A DNA stretch of 62,753 nucleotides, the filler included, from Choristocarpus tenellus KU-1152 (taxonomy: Eukaryota; Protista; Phaeophyceae): NCBI GenBank assembly GCA_964200185.2. It is 7 parts of 7 records of this genome, joined end to end, with 100 filler letters (N's around TTAATTAATTAA, not from the genome) between each part and the next. Parts side by side here need not be neighbours in the genome. Positions count along the whole stretch, not along the records: positions 1 to 23,338 come from CAXNAD020000251.1; positions 23,439 to 31,421 come from CAXNAD020005306.1; 5 more parts are not named here. One strand, written 5' to 3'. Position 1 is the first letter of the stretch; each line of letters opens with the position of its first letter. The position numbers and the translations under genes were made by a program. Positions 12,856 through 24,493 of this stretch are shown one piece after another. The notes beneath the pieces were generated by a model, which searched no databases, had not been told where the DNA came from, and was given only the letters and a program-made list of their open reading frames with translations.

Positions 12856-13407
12856 TCAACGGTTATCCACCGCATCGCGTTTGTCGTCTTTCAGAGGCCA
12901 CCCCGTGGATAGAGGCGAGGGTAATAACTCTGGTTTTACCTCCTCATCTGACAACGTACCCTTCCCGTTGTTGTTGTCCTCATCTTTACAAGTATCCCCT
13001 CCAGCTAAGGGTGATAGTGTCCCGCCAATCTCTGAGGAAAAAGGAAACGAGAGTTCACGACCATACAACACGGCATCCATCAGCATCATCAGTTCTTCAT
13101 CGTACCCTCGTCGCCACACGTGTTTCTCACAACGTCTGACAGCACGCCTACCGGGCGAAAAACGAAAACACGACCTTGGAGGGGATATGGAAGGCGAAAA
13201 TGAACTAGTCACAGATTGGTCCATGGAGGGGGTGGAGAATTTTTCATCCAATAATCCTTCCTCAGCAGGTGGAGAAGGGGGAAATCCTCCAGTGTATATT
13301 TCTCGTGTACCAGATCGGCTCCGACTCCTGCGTCGGCGCTTCACCCTTTCCACGGGACATTGGAGTTGTAAGTCCAACTGGTGAGCTCGTGTCGAAGATT
13401 CAAACAT
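12856..13407 (-). CDS. Hypothetical Ser/Pro/Arg-rich protein, head-to-head with NBR1
   Basis: ATG-initiated 183-codon ORF in a GC-richer patch, starting ~500 bp from the NBR1 ATG. No recognisable domain. The antisense frame is also largely open. Confidence 0.35.
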   Translation of the reverse strand: MFESSTRAHQLDLQLQCPVERVKRRRRSRSRSGTREIYTGGFPPSPPAEEGLLDEKFSTPSMDQSVTSSFSPSISPPRSCFRFSPGRRAVRRCEKHVWRRGYDEELMMLMDAVLYGRELSFPFSSEIGGTLSPLAGGDTCKDEDNNNGKGTLSDEEVKPELLPSPLSTGWPLKDDKRDAVDNR

Positions 13408-13585
13408 GGCCAGTAAAATTCAAGCGCTAAATACGCCAACACACAGCGCTTATGACAAGATGTCTCCACAGACTTCTGAAGGCTTCCTTAAAACGAACTC
13501 AACCGATGTTGAAGATGCAACCACCTATCAAGTCAGAACAAGGTTTCTTCAGAAAAGTGGTCTGTTGGATGTTGTATTTTATGTG

Positions 13586-13698
13586 GAGACACTTCTTTAG
13601 AAAATCAATCAATAAATAAAATAATATGTCAAGATTGGAAGAGACACTTCCTTAGAAAATCAATCAATAAATAAAATAATATGTCAAGATTGGAAGAG
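13586..13698. repeat. 55-bp tandem duplication in the intergenic region upstream of NBR1
   Basis: GAGACACTTC(T/C)TTAGAAAATCAATCAATAAATAAAATAATATGTCAAGATTGGAA at 13586 and 13641. Confidence 0.92.
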
Positions 13699-13904
13699 TA
13701 CTAGTCTAGTCCGTCGTTTAGTTGAAGAGAGACACTCACTTTTCCTCTAGTCAAAGAGAGCAAACTACCCCACGAATGCACACCCAATTAAAAGTGCTGA
13801 CCCCATCTATCCCATCGAGAGGGTAATTCCCTGCTTCAACGTTGGATATTGTGTTACCCTCTTCTTCTCCCTGCCATCTTTATTTCATTGGACACACGTT
13901 CGAG

Positions 13905-16900
13905 ATGTTTGAAATTCCCATCAAAGTCAACTTTCGAGGAGGTGAGCGATCAACCGAACGCTGTTGGTTTTGTGATTGGTCACATGGTAACTGCAATGTG
14001 TAGGTCCACTTTAAGCTCGGTGATTTTACGTCTGGGTCTTATGAATTACCATGATGACTACACGAGTTTAAAATACATTAACCAAATCCCGTATGTATCT
14101 GTTATCCGCAGAGTTCAGACGATTCTGGTGGCGAACAGATACCCTCCAGGTCTACAAGCTCTTGTACTGTCTCTGCGATTTTTTCCCAGAACTCAAGGAG
14201 TTGTCTGATAATGGCATGGCCAACAAGATCCGCATCAGCTATAACGACACGGTGAGGTTTTCGATGTGGTGTTGTCGGTTATTTGGAGGAAAATGAGGTG
14301 ATAATGGAGATTGAACCCTGTTATCATGCAAATATTATAGAATTCTTCGAAAAAACAGGTTGAACTTCCTCGAAGTATCCTTTTCTGTTTGCTCTCTTTG
14401 TGATCTAGTTCCCTTTCCTTAGGCTACTTGCCCACCCTCCCCTCGTTTCCAGGATGGTGACGAGGTCCATATCCTGCTAGACATCGGCCTACATGAAGCA
14501 GTGCGACTCAACATGAGTGAGGAAACTCTGCGCCTTAAGGTCACTCTGGCTGACGATAAGGCCTCACCAAATCCTCAACCAACTAGGCCCTCGCCATCGT
14601 CAACTTGTCGAAGCCAGCAACCCATGGGCTCCATTGGTGACCCGTCAACTACGTCATCTCCTGCACCTCCTGCAACCTCTCCTAGTATTCCTTCGGCACC
14701 TGGTAACCTAGGTTCAACTGCGCAGCCAACCACCCCTGCTTCGTCTGCACTCGAGGAAGTTCTCCCGTGTGTTCTGGACGCGCTCAGCAGGTACAACTAT
14801 GCGACAGAGCTGATGCCCCAACTCGTCCCAGCTATGATGGTAGCTGCAGCTGGCCTGAGAGGAACGGATAATACAATTCCTTCTGTGGTAGCCTCTGTCA
14901 TTGCTGCTGCTGCTTCAACCATGTCCAATGCTTCGGAGGTCGCCGATTCTCCAGCTGCCACTGAAAGGTCTAACACACCTGCTGACACAGCACAGGCTGG
15001 TCCAGAACCATGTGAGACAAGCGTAAGTGGAGGAGATGGTGCCTCCCCGGACCAGAGTACGGGGAGTCCGGGTGTATCTGGCTCCAGAGCTGGACAAAAT
15101 GTCCCTTCTTCATCTGTCCATGATGGTGTGCAGTGTGACGGGTGTCATGTATGCCCCATTATTGGAACACGGTACAAGTGTGCGGTGAGGTCCGACTTTG
15201 ATCTTTGTGAGGTGTGCGAGACCAACTCCACAGGGCCGTTCCCCATGCTGAAGATTCGTCACCCAGCACAGGCGCCAGCTTCCATAGTATGTGTACTGCG
15301 GCCAGATCAGCCAAGCACATTGGAAGAGGCCTCTGAGATGGACTGGCGGAAGTTGATGGGTCAGGTGAAACGAGGTGGGAAGAATGGTAAGGGTAGTGCA
15401 ACCTGTGCAGGCCGTTGGGGTGGTGGAGGCAGTTGCCGTCGAGGTCGCAAGCCTTCACGGATGTGCAGCAACAACACACTGGAGATGGGCCAGGTCCTAG
15501 CGGCCATGGCAGCAAGCTGTGCACCCAACACTAACAACAACCTTCAAAATGCAGACTTCATCCGATTCAGTGGACTCAGCGCAGAGGGACACCCAGTGCA
15601 CACAAACACCAACGAGAAGGCGGTAGACACAGAATCAGGATCCAGTGCGACAACACAACTCAGCTATGATGACACCCCTGCTCATGACTTTGAGGCTGTT
15701 ATGGGAATCCCAGTTGACCTGGCCTCTTCTACATCTTCATCTTCCTCCTCGAGTTCATCTTCCTCCTCGAGTTCATCTTCCTCCTCGAGTTCATCTTCAT
15801 CCAGTTCATCTTCAACCTGTTCGTCTTCATCCTCTGCTTCCCACTTAGCCACGCCCATAGGTACTGGTCAGGTTATCAACCTCTTCCCCACTTTCGTGGG
15901 AGATGTTGACAATGCAATGGAAGGGACTGTACCTAGAGAGCAAGAAGCACAGCAGGAAAAGACTGCTGTCGCAGGTGGTGACCATCCAACGGAAACCCCT
16001 GAGAAACCCCAGATCGCCCCCAGCAGCGATCCCAAGACGTCCGAGGAAACAGAAGATGCTCTTCTTGCTGCTTCCATACGCTCTCTGGCTTCATCCATGA
16101 GTGCCTCGATGATGGCAGGGGACCAGTCTGCCACACAAGACCAGTCTGCTGCACAAGACCAGTCTGCTGCACAAGACCAGTCTGCTGCACAAGACCAGTC
16201 TGCTGCACAAGACCAGTCTGCTGCACAAGACCAGTCTGCTGCACAAGACCAGTCTGCTGCACAAGACGAATCTACTACACAAGCACCAACCCCAGTTGAG
16301 GCTCCAGTTCAGCAATCTGCTCCTTCTAGTTTGCTTGTGGATGCAGGGTCCGACGTGAAATCAAGCACGACCACTACCGGAAAGCTCATGGCTCGGTTTG
16401 TAGGAGATGCGAGTGTTCCAGATGGGAGTTCACTTCCAAAAGATACTCACTTCACCAAGACGTGGGAGATGCGGAATGACGGCGATATGGCCTTTCCTGA
16501 GGAATGCCGTCTCATTCCAGTGGGAGGTGACCTCATGTCTGGCCCAAGTGAAGGCGTCAGGATCGGATCAGCTCTTCCTGGAGAGGATTTCCATGTGAGG
16601 GTGATCATTTTGTAATATCTTGGTTGTCTTAGCATTGGTCCTCCTCTGTTGTGTTCTTGGAGCTTTCTCATTGAGGAAAATTGTTGATCTAGCTTGAAAT
16701 ATGTATCTCCTAGTGCACATTACATATTTTGAGTCTCCAACTACTGATTTCACCGGAGGCTTTCCTTAGAATCATTAATACGTCCACAATCCAACAAAAC
16801 TCTATGGAGGTATAACCACTGTCTAGTCCACCTCCACACATTGGTGGCATCATTCACACTTTCACCCCCCAACTGAAATTCCTTTCTCACACTCTCCTTC

Positions 16901-18502
16901 TGCTAAATCCGTCACGTGGACTGTGATACACGGAGCAGGTGAATGTGCAGCTGACATCGCCCTCTACAAGTGGCAGGTACATTGGCTACTGGCGTCTTTG
17001 TTCACCCCAAGGGAAGAAGTTCGGTCACCGCATTTGGGCTGATATTCGTGTGGTGGAAGACCCAGTCAATCTGCTAGGTGTAGACAGGACGGTTTCACTT
17101 GTGGAGGTATTTGTGACCCCTCTAACTGTTGTCCTTTCTCAAGGTACAGAGGCAGGATGTTTTCGGAGTAGGAATGAATTTTTGTGGATAGGTGGGCTGT
17201 GCTTTGTCTCTGAGTCACCTTTGGTAGAGTAGGGTGGACAGTGCCCTGCTTTGGTTTTTTGCATCATGTTGAGTAGGTATAGTGTTGGTGTCGATATATA
17301 TGCCCATCAGGTTGTTACTCACCCTCTTCTTGTTGCTGTTCCTCACCATTGCATTTTGTGCTATTCACATCCTGTGGTTTTCAATGTACCCCCTATGTAG
17401 CACTTCAGGAAGTGTAGGGTATCAGAAGAAGAGTCCCTTTTCCCTCTCCTTACAGCAATAATGCATGTGGCACTCTTAAAATATTCATGGCCCTGCCTGC
17501 TCATATGATAGGAAACCCAACAACAGTGGTTTTACTTTGGGCAGAAGGGAAGATTTCACAAATGCACATGCATACAGATGCTTGTGTTTCATCTAGCATA
17601 GACAAATGCAAAGCCCACCCATCGCCATTTCTCAATTTTCCTTCTATGGACAGGATTCAGACTGGGATATAGTTTCGCCGGAGCATATCCCCCCATCCAA
17701 GATGATGAACCAAAGTGCTGAAGATCCCAAGGTTTCCTCGCCTGCTAAGGAGGCTGGTGATGTCACTACTGACCCTACCAATGCCCCCCGTTCATATGAC
17801 AACGTTATCAACACTGTTGTCAACACTCCTCCTCAAGGAGAAGAGGAGTCAAAGAGCAGTGATGCTGAGGTTGAGGCTGAGAAAGGGTCCTTTGATACCA
17901 ATCCCTTTGTGGGTGTCCCAGTCTTGGGCCCTGTTGAGGTAGCTAGTGGTGAGGCTGACACGGAAGTCCTGAAAGGTCCGGACTACAACACCCTACCTCC
18001 TCCCTCTTCCTCACCGTCCCCACCTGCACCAACAAGTGATGACCCAGTAACAGCCTCAACCCAGCCCCAACCCTCTTATGGCTTGTACTTAAAGTGGAGG
18101 AGCGAGCTGGGCTCACTCTTGGAGATGGGCTTCACAGACACAACCCGGAACATCAACCTCCTGGAGAAACATCTGTCCATGCCTGGTGGACCTGGTTTGG
18201 ACAAGTGAGATCTAACCCATCCTACATTTGTAGCCCCAATCACCTCTTCAAGCAAGCCCTGCTGTGCAATGACTTGTTTTTTTTTCTGCAGAGGTACATT
18301 ACCTTCACAGTACGGTCAAATCCTATCTATCCTTTGCAGTGGTTGCAGTGTTGGTCGCTGTTTGAGTCTCGATGCTTGCCTGACATCCTGACAACTGGAA
18401 TAACATATCCTGTTGCTTTCAAACTCTTCCTTTTGTTGACACTCTGTTTTATACAGGGTGCTGGACGAGCTGGTGTCATGGCATGAGCGCCGCTTTGATT
18501 GA
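13905..18502 (+). CDS. NBR1: NBR1 selective-autophagy receptor (PB1, ZZ zinc finger, FW/NBR1 domain, LIR, UBA), 6 exons, ~1027 aa
   Basis: Exons 13905-13941, 14112-14251, 14453-16594, 16939-17106, 17654-18204, 18457-18502; phases consistent, 3084 nt. PB1: IPIKVNFRGEFRRF...YNDTDGDEVHILLD. ZZ: HDGVQCDGCHVCPIIGTRYKCAVRSDFDLCEVC. FW: ARFVGDASVPDG..FTKTWEMRNDG...GRYIGYWRL..FGHRIWADI. LIR: DSDWDIV. UBA: ELGSLLEMGFTD..NINLLEKH...KVLDEL. Confidence 0.95.
15733..15830 (+). repeat. Coding poly-Ser tract built from an 18-bp unit (TCATCTTCCTCCTCGAGT) in NBR1 exon 3
   Basis: The unit is repeated three times with degenerate flanks and encodes about 30 serines. Confidence 0.9.
16121..16272 (+). repeat. Coding 18-bp minisatellite (GACCAGTCTGCTGCACAA) x8 encoding DQSAAQ in NBR1 exon 3
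   Basis: Near-perfect in-frame tandem copies, directly visible. Confidence 0.95.
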
Positions 18503-19627
18503 TGTGAAGACAGAAGGTGACAGGAAGCCCAGAGTCTCTTATCTATTGGAGACTAGCAAAGTTATGTCCTCATGTAATTCTGCTACACCTAAAGGCAGCT
18601 CCATGGAACACTGATAGGGCAGAGCTGTGTGCATTGAGGGTGGGGTGATGGTTCCGTTCATGTGACGCTTTTATCCGGTAGAGGTGAAGTGATCTTCCGT
18701 ATCACACATTTTTTGTTTTGCTTTGGAAAAGCACATGATGAGGTGAAATACCTCCTGCCAAATTGTATGTGCCTGTCTCTGTTTTGTTGCTTGGGTGTAT
18801 AAGTTGTATTCAAAATTTGCCGACAGGATTTATGATAAGAATTTCAAAAGTACGATAGGGGACAATCTTTCATAAACTTGCTCATCCATGATGTAGAGCT
18901 CCATGATATTGTAGGGCAGAATTAGATGGCCACTGGTTGGAGTTCAATTTTGGTGCCAGCTAAAGGGCTAATTTGCCAGACACCCAAGGAAAAAGGATTT
19001 TTTTTTTGTCTTTTGACTGAAATTCATGTGGGATATGACTGGCTTCTGTGGTGATGTATTTTGTATGTTAAAGGGTATTGACATTTTTATGGTGGTATGA
19101 AAGTGCAGGCATCATGCTGCTTCCAAGCTCTCATGTTCCCAGTGCAAGTCGGTAGATGTGTCCCCTTGTAATTGAACTTCTGACCTATTGTATGCTGGAA
19201 GTGCATGCATGGTATCAAATAGTTCACCTTCAGGGGCAGGTATGAGTGTGTTCCCTCCTGGGGAAGCTTTCCACCTTATTGTATACAAGCAAGTAGTGGT
19301 TCATACTCTCTCGCCATGTGAGACACCCAATATTATGAAAATAGGTGTTTGGACCACAGGAGGTCGACCTCTCTTGAGAGCAGTAGTAGTGTAGGAGGAG
19401 AGTCCTTGTGACTAAAGGTCAGCTAGTCGACATCATGTAGTTTCACCTGTCTAATCGGTGAATCTTAAGACATTGTTATTGTTGCTGCGCCTAGTAGTAT
19501 AGGGAGGGTATGGCTTGGATTGGAACTCTGTTATCTAAGTAGTGACTTGTGTATTAAGTCTGGGAGATGTCCGTCCTTGAGTAGATGAGGTGGATATTAA
19601 CAAGAGAGACAATTGTGACAAACTTCG

Positions 19628-20280
19628 AGATCAAGGTGGGGTTGTAAACTGGATGCGGTGAGTTGGCTTCTTAACTTCGATTGAGTGCTGGACGCATATG
19701 CCTGTGATGATTGAACCACCGGAACACATAGGAAAATAATAAAAGGCGAATGACAACAGTGTCAGCAAGAATATAATATATCAAAGACAAATCGGCAAAC
19801 AAAAGCTCATGTTCTTGAGCGCGCAAGCTTGGGTCAGGCGTTCTACAGAGATTAATACTAAAAGCGTGCATGCCATTGATACCTTTAAGAATGAGAGGCT
19901 TTTGTACACTATTTATGAACAATCGAAAGGGTGGTAAGTACCAACCAGTAAGACAGACCATACACACCTCTCCTGGTCAGCCAACCCCCCTCCTTTCATG
20001 CTCCCGGGCTAATTATACCATCCATGTGTGGTATCCTACCATTTCTGGTAAGTTTTAGATGTGTCCCACAACCCAACAAGACATTTAAAAAAATGAATAC
20101 CATGTGCGGCTGTCTGATGGGGGTCTACTGCAAGACAGAACACTAGGATTTTCAACAATACAAATTTCAACCATGTGCATGCGTGGCTCACCTCAAAAAG
20201 CTCAAGTCAGTGCAACTACATCTGTAGTCCTATTCAAAGGAAATTACAACTCATCTCACAACTCTACCCCACCTTGATCT
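19628..20280. mobile_element. Possible non-autonomous DNA transposon bounded by a 15-bp inverted repeat
   Basis: AGATCAAGGTGGGGT at 19628-19642 and its reverse complement at 20266-20280. No target-site duplication recognised. Confidence 0.35.
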
Positions 20281-20810
20281 GTTGATCTAAGACTAGTTTG
20301 AAACCTACAAACACCTTGAAGCCAAGGCAAGGCCCTCACTATCAAGGGGAAAGGATGCTTCACGACCTTGCAAGAGTCACTTTAGGAGTTGCACATAAAG
20401 CACATCCAAGCATTCTCATTGCTGATCTTGGTATGTAGGACAAAAAAGAACCTCAAAGCTTTTGGGAAGAGGTATCAATTATCTGTAGAGATCAGCCCAA
20501 GCAAAATAGCACAGTCCTCACATCAAACCTCCAACAACTCCCTGCCCACTCCAAACATACCCACATATTTTAATCAAGGCAATCACCCTGACCCAAGGTG
20601 TGTTGTCCTCCCTCCTCCCCCCCCACCACTCCAGCCATATGGCCAGGCTAATGCGTCTGTTCTATCCAAGGTGTGTTGAAGTTGCTCATGAATCAAGACA
20701 AACTAAAATAATCAAGTCTTTCTTTTTTAGCTACCTCCCAAAACTACAACAATCCTCAATACACAAATCAAATCAAATCAAGCACAACAAACATAATACA
20801 CACCCTCATT

Positions 20811-22753
20811 CTAGGAGACCGCTACAGACAACCCCTCCTCTTCTCTTGCAACTGATGCATCCTCCTCACTGCCTGTTCCTGCCAACGCCCTAATTAGACT
20901 CTCCACCTGACCAATGCCAAGACGGAAGGGGCAATGAAGGTTAGGATTAGGGTTATAGATAAAGCCATGAACTTCAATCCCCAATTTTTTTACAACTTAC
21001 GTACACCTTGATGATTCTCAACTTAAAAGCATCGATGTGATTGTTACTCTTCCAATAACGCCTTCTACACACAAACACACAACACACAACTCTACCTCCA
21101 AATTTTGACCAACTCACCTCCCCTGTACCATTGACAAACATGGACGCATGCGTCGGTTTCATGCCCACTGTACAAGTGTACACCCGTATGTCATCTGCCT
21201 CCACCTTCAAAGCTGCTTCTGGACTTCCCTCTCTGGTATTGGTTGGAAACAGTAACAATTGACAAGGACACAGTGCCAGCAGTGACAATGGAAATAAGCA
21301 AAGCTGTCATGTTGAGTCAGGAAGCCAGCGAGGTTGCTGAAAACTAAAGCCCATTCTTTTCCCCTAACCTTTAAACAATACCAACATCAGCGTTTTTCTT
21401 TATTATTTTCACAAGTCGGGCTTAACCAAAAGATGAAGAGAACCAGTACAACAGACCTACCCAGCTCCTCCTCGGTGTTGAACATGATACACCAACATCA
21501 AACCAGTCATTCTCCTTAACCGGTTACTCTCCACCCTACCCATCCAGTCAACTAGTAAGTACAGGACCACTTGTGTTACTAATATCTGTAACAGTCTTAC
21601 TTCATCAATGACACTCCACTTCATCCATTAAATTAAAAAAAGTACCAGTAGCATCAACAGTAGAAAAAATAATTTTGTTAAAATGAAAATAATAATAACG
21701 ATAATAATATTATTAAAGGCTTATAACCAATGTCTGAAACCTGGGTTAGATAACTACGAAACTACAACATGCTCTTTACAGTACCCTTGTGAGTACACAA
21801 TTAATATTAACACACTCCTAACGTATACATTATACCTTAATTGGGGTTAATTAAATAGACTCAGGGCTAAGGTTAGCACTACCAGAGATCTTCACAACAC
21901 ATCTTCATAACACATCTTCATAACACACTTTTGTAACACAACACTCACGGGAGGGTGTCGATATCTGCCAGGAAGGAGTAAACTGCCGTGAACATCTGCT
22001 CATCACTGATGTCATCCCCTAGACAAAAGATGAAGTCAGGGTAGTGCCCAGATTTTTCCTGCAGTTTTTTGAGAATACTCTTCACCACAACGCCCTTATG
22101 CAGTCGAATTGGTACCACCTGCCATGACACAGGACACAGGACACAGGACACATGAGACATGAGACATGACACACATAACCAAAATTATGCGTTTTGAAGG
22201 ATAGATACATAAGATACATAAGAGCATCAAGAAACGCCTTCCACACCATGAAATAATTGGGCACATCTTGATTAGGGATTGAATCCTTGTGTGAGAAAGA
22301 GATAGAGTTAGGTCTGTTAGTCCAGCCACTCCCCTACCACAGGCACTGACTGTCTGAACTTCCATGTTCAACTTGCTTTATAGTCGGCACAAACATTAAA
22401 AAATATATCATATTTGTTCATCATTGAATCAATAGTAAATCCCATCAAATCATAATAACAATGACAACAATAAAAATAATACTATCTCACTAGCCTGTAC
22501 AAAATATCAAAGTCCCTCAAGGCACTGAGACACCAACCACGGTTGCTGTTTCCAAATCTTTAAAATAAAAAAAATTGTTGTACCGGACAAATATCAGGTG
22601 ATAAAAAAACAAATTTTAAGCTTGTCTTTTTCATCAAAAAATATCAACAATTGTCAAAGGCAATACACACCCCAATACGGTTACGTATCACACCAAAATC
22701 ACCACAAAAGCTACATGTTCAGGATCTACTACAAAGTAACTGACAAGCCCCCC

Positions 22754-22790
<37 letters not shown>

Positions 22791-23069
22791 ACCCACCAAC
22801 ACACCCCCCCCCCCACCCCCCCAAAATCTCCCTGTTCAGAGTCCACTACAAAATAACTGACAAGCCCCCCCCCCCCCCCCCCCCCCCATCCCTCACATAA
22901 AAAGAAAAAGGTGAACACTACTGCTTAGTGGATCACACCTGGACGGAATTGACTACACCGGCTCCATTTCTACTGATCTGTATTCATCATCTAAATGATC
23001 TGCGTGCCCTCTCACCTCAAGCTGACCACGCACATGCTGCACCTTGACATCATATGCTGCAAGGGCCAC
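20811..23069 (-). CDS. TPS: Trehalose-6-phosphate synthase/phosphatase, C-terminal TPP (HAD) domain; last 4 exons, 5' part off-contig
   Basis: Exons 23069-23016, 22118-21949, 21232-21118, 20906-20811 splice in phase: VALAAYDVKVQHVRGQLE|VVPIRLHKG...PDFIFCLGDDISDEQMF...|...VYTCTVGMKPTHASMFVNGTGE|VESLIRALA...*. GDDxSDE and CTVGxKP are TPS/TPP motifs. Confidence 0.9.
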
Positions 23070-23338
23070 CTGTCATTATATTGAAAGACCAAAACATCAC
23101 ACATAATTGTACAACACACATCAGTGATTACAAACTATTGTAACAGCAGGAAACGCGTACAGTAAGACTAAGGACAGAATAGTACTCTTGTCACCCAGTG
23201 TCAAACACACACACACACACGCACACCCAGTAAGACACACTGCCACCCTTCACTCGATAGATACAACACATGTGGCATCACCTCATGCAAAAGAAATGTC
23301 CATCATATTCATTCATGACCCAAAGCATCTGGGGGGGG

Positions 23339-23438
23339 NNNNNNNNNNNNNNNNNNNNNNNNNNNNNNNNNNNNNNNNNNNNTTAATTAATTAANNNNNN
23401 NNNNNNNNNNNNNNNNNNNNNNNNNNNNNNNNNNNNNN
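23339..23438. other. Artificial contig linker N44-TTAATTAATTAA-N44
   Basis: An identical 100-nt structure with stops in all six frames recurs six times; genes are truncated at these points. Confidence 0.97.
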
Positions 23439-24493
23439 CACATGCAGAAGGGGGGAGATAGACGGGAGGTTATAGCAGGAAAGGGGCTGTCAAACCCCGC
23501 TTAGGGCAGATAGTTTCTGTCACGACACAAGTGGCTCTCTCAAGATGTGTCATTTTTTTTAAGCTGGAGACACCAGGGAGATGGGCAAGGAAGGAGGGGC
23601 CTGTCAGATTCTTGGGATGCTTTTCTAGCTCCTCGCTCAGCTGTGTAGGGCTAGGCTAGGTTGAAGACATAGCAGCAGTGTATACACATAACATTGTAAT
23701 TATGAGATTTAAGAGAGTGTTGTAGCGTATCTGGTATGAAAATAGAAAATAGGTTGTGGAGGGACATTTTCACATTTATCGCAGCTGTTACACGACAGTG
23801 GTCCTTGTGATATTGGTTTGGCTTTTTCCTTGACTCATCTGCAAAATATCAGACGAAATATTAATATAATACTCTACAACAACAATGGATCTGAATTTCT
23901 TGTAGGAAACCACGAAATCGACTCAGATACATCAACAAGATTGTATTAATAGTAACATTTTAAGACAAAAAAGGCACTAATAAGACAATTATAGCTGAAA
24001 CTGATACAGAACTAGTGCTATAACGGTGGTCTAGAAGCTATAGGAAAGAGTCTCACCAGTCAGTCAACAAACCCCAAGTAGGTGACCGACAGGGTGTGTC
24101 CAGCTTCGTCAACTGCGTGAGACTCCTGGAGCGTGGAGAATACTATTTGTGCCGTGACTGAAACAATCTGATGCAGGCGTTCCTTCACTACCATCCAGTA
24201 CATGACATCCAGGAGTTGGATCGATGTGGGTAGATGCGCATTGATGGTTTTAAATTAGTAGAATGGTTTAATTGTGTTGTATGGTATGGATAGGTGAAAC
24301 ATCATTAACGAACCAATATATTCCCCCAACCAAAAAAGATATATTGTGGTTACTAAGATATACTATAATTATTAAGAAAATGAAAAATTCGACTATAAAA
24401 AATATATAAAACAATTTATGTACTCCAACATTTCCCAATTCCTCACTCAACCTTCCTTGTAACTTGTCGAAATTCCACTGCTGTTGTTTGGAT

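Noticed and set aside
15933-16315. Minus-strand ORFs with QQTGLV and CSRLVL repeats
   Set aside because: They are antisense shadows of the NBR1 18-bp coding repeat.
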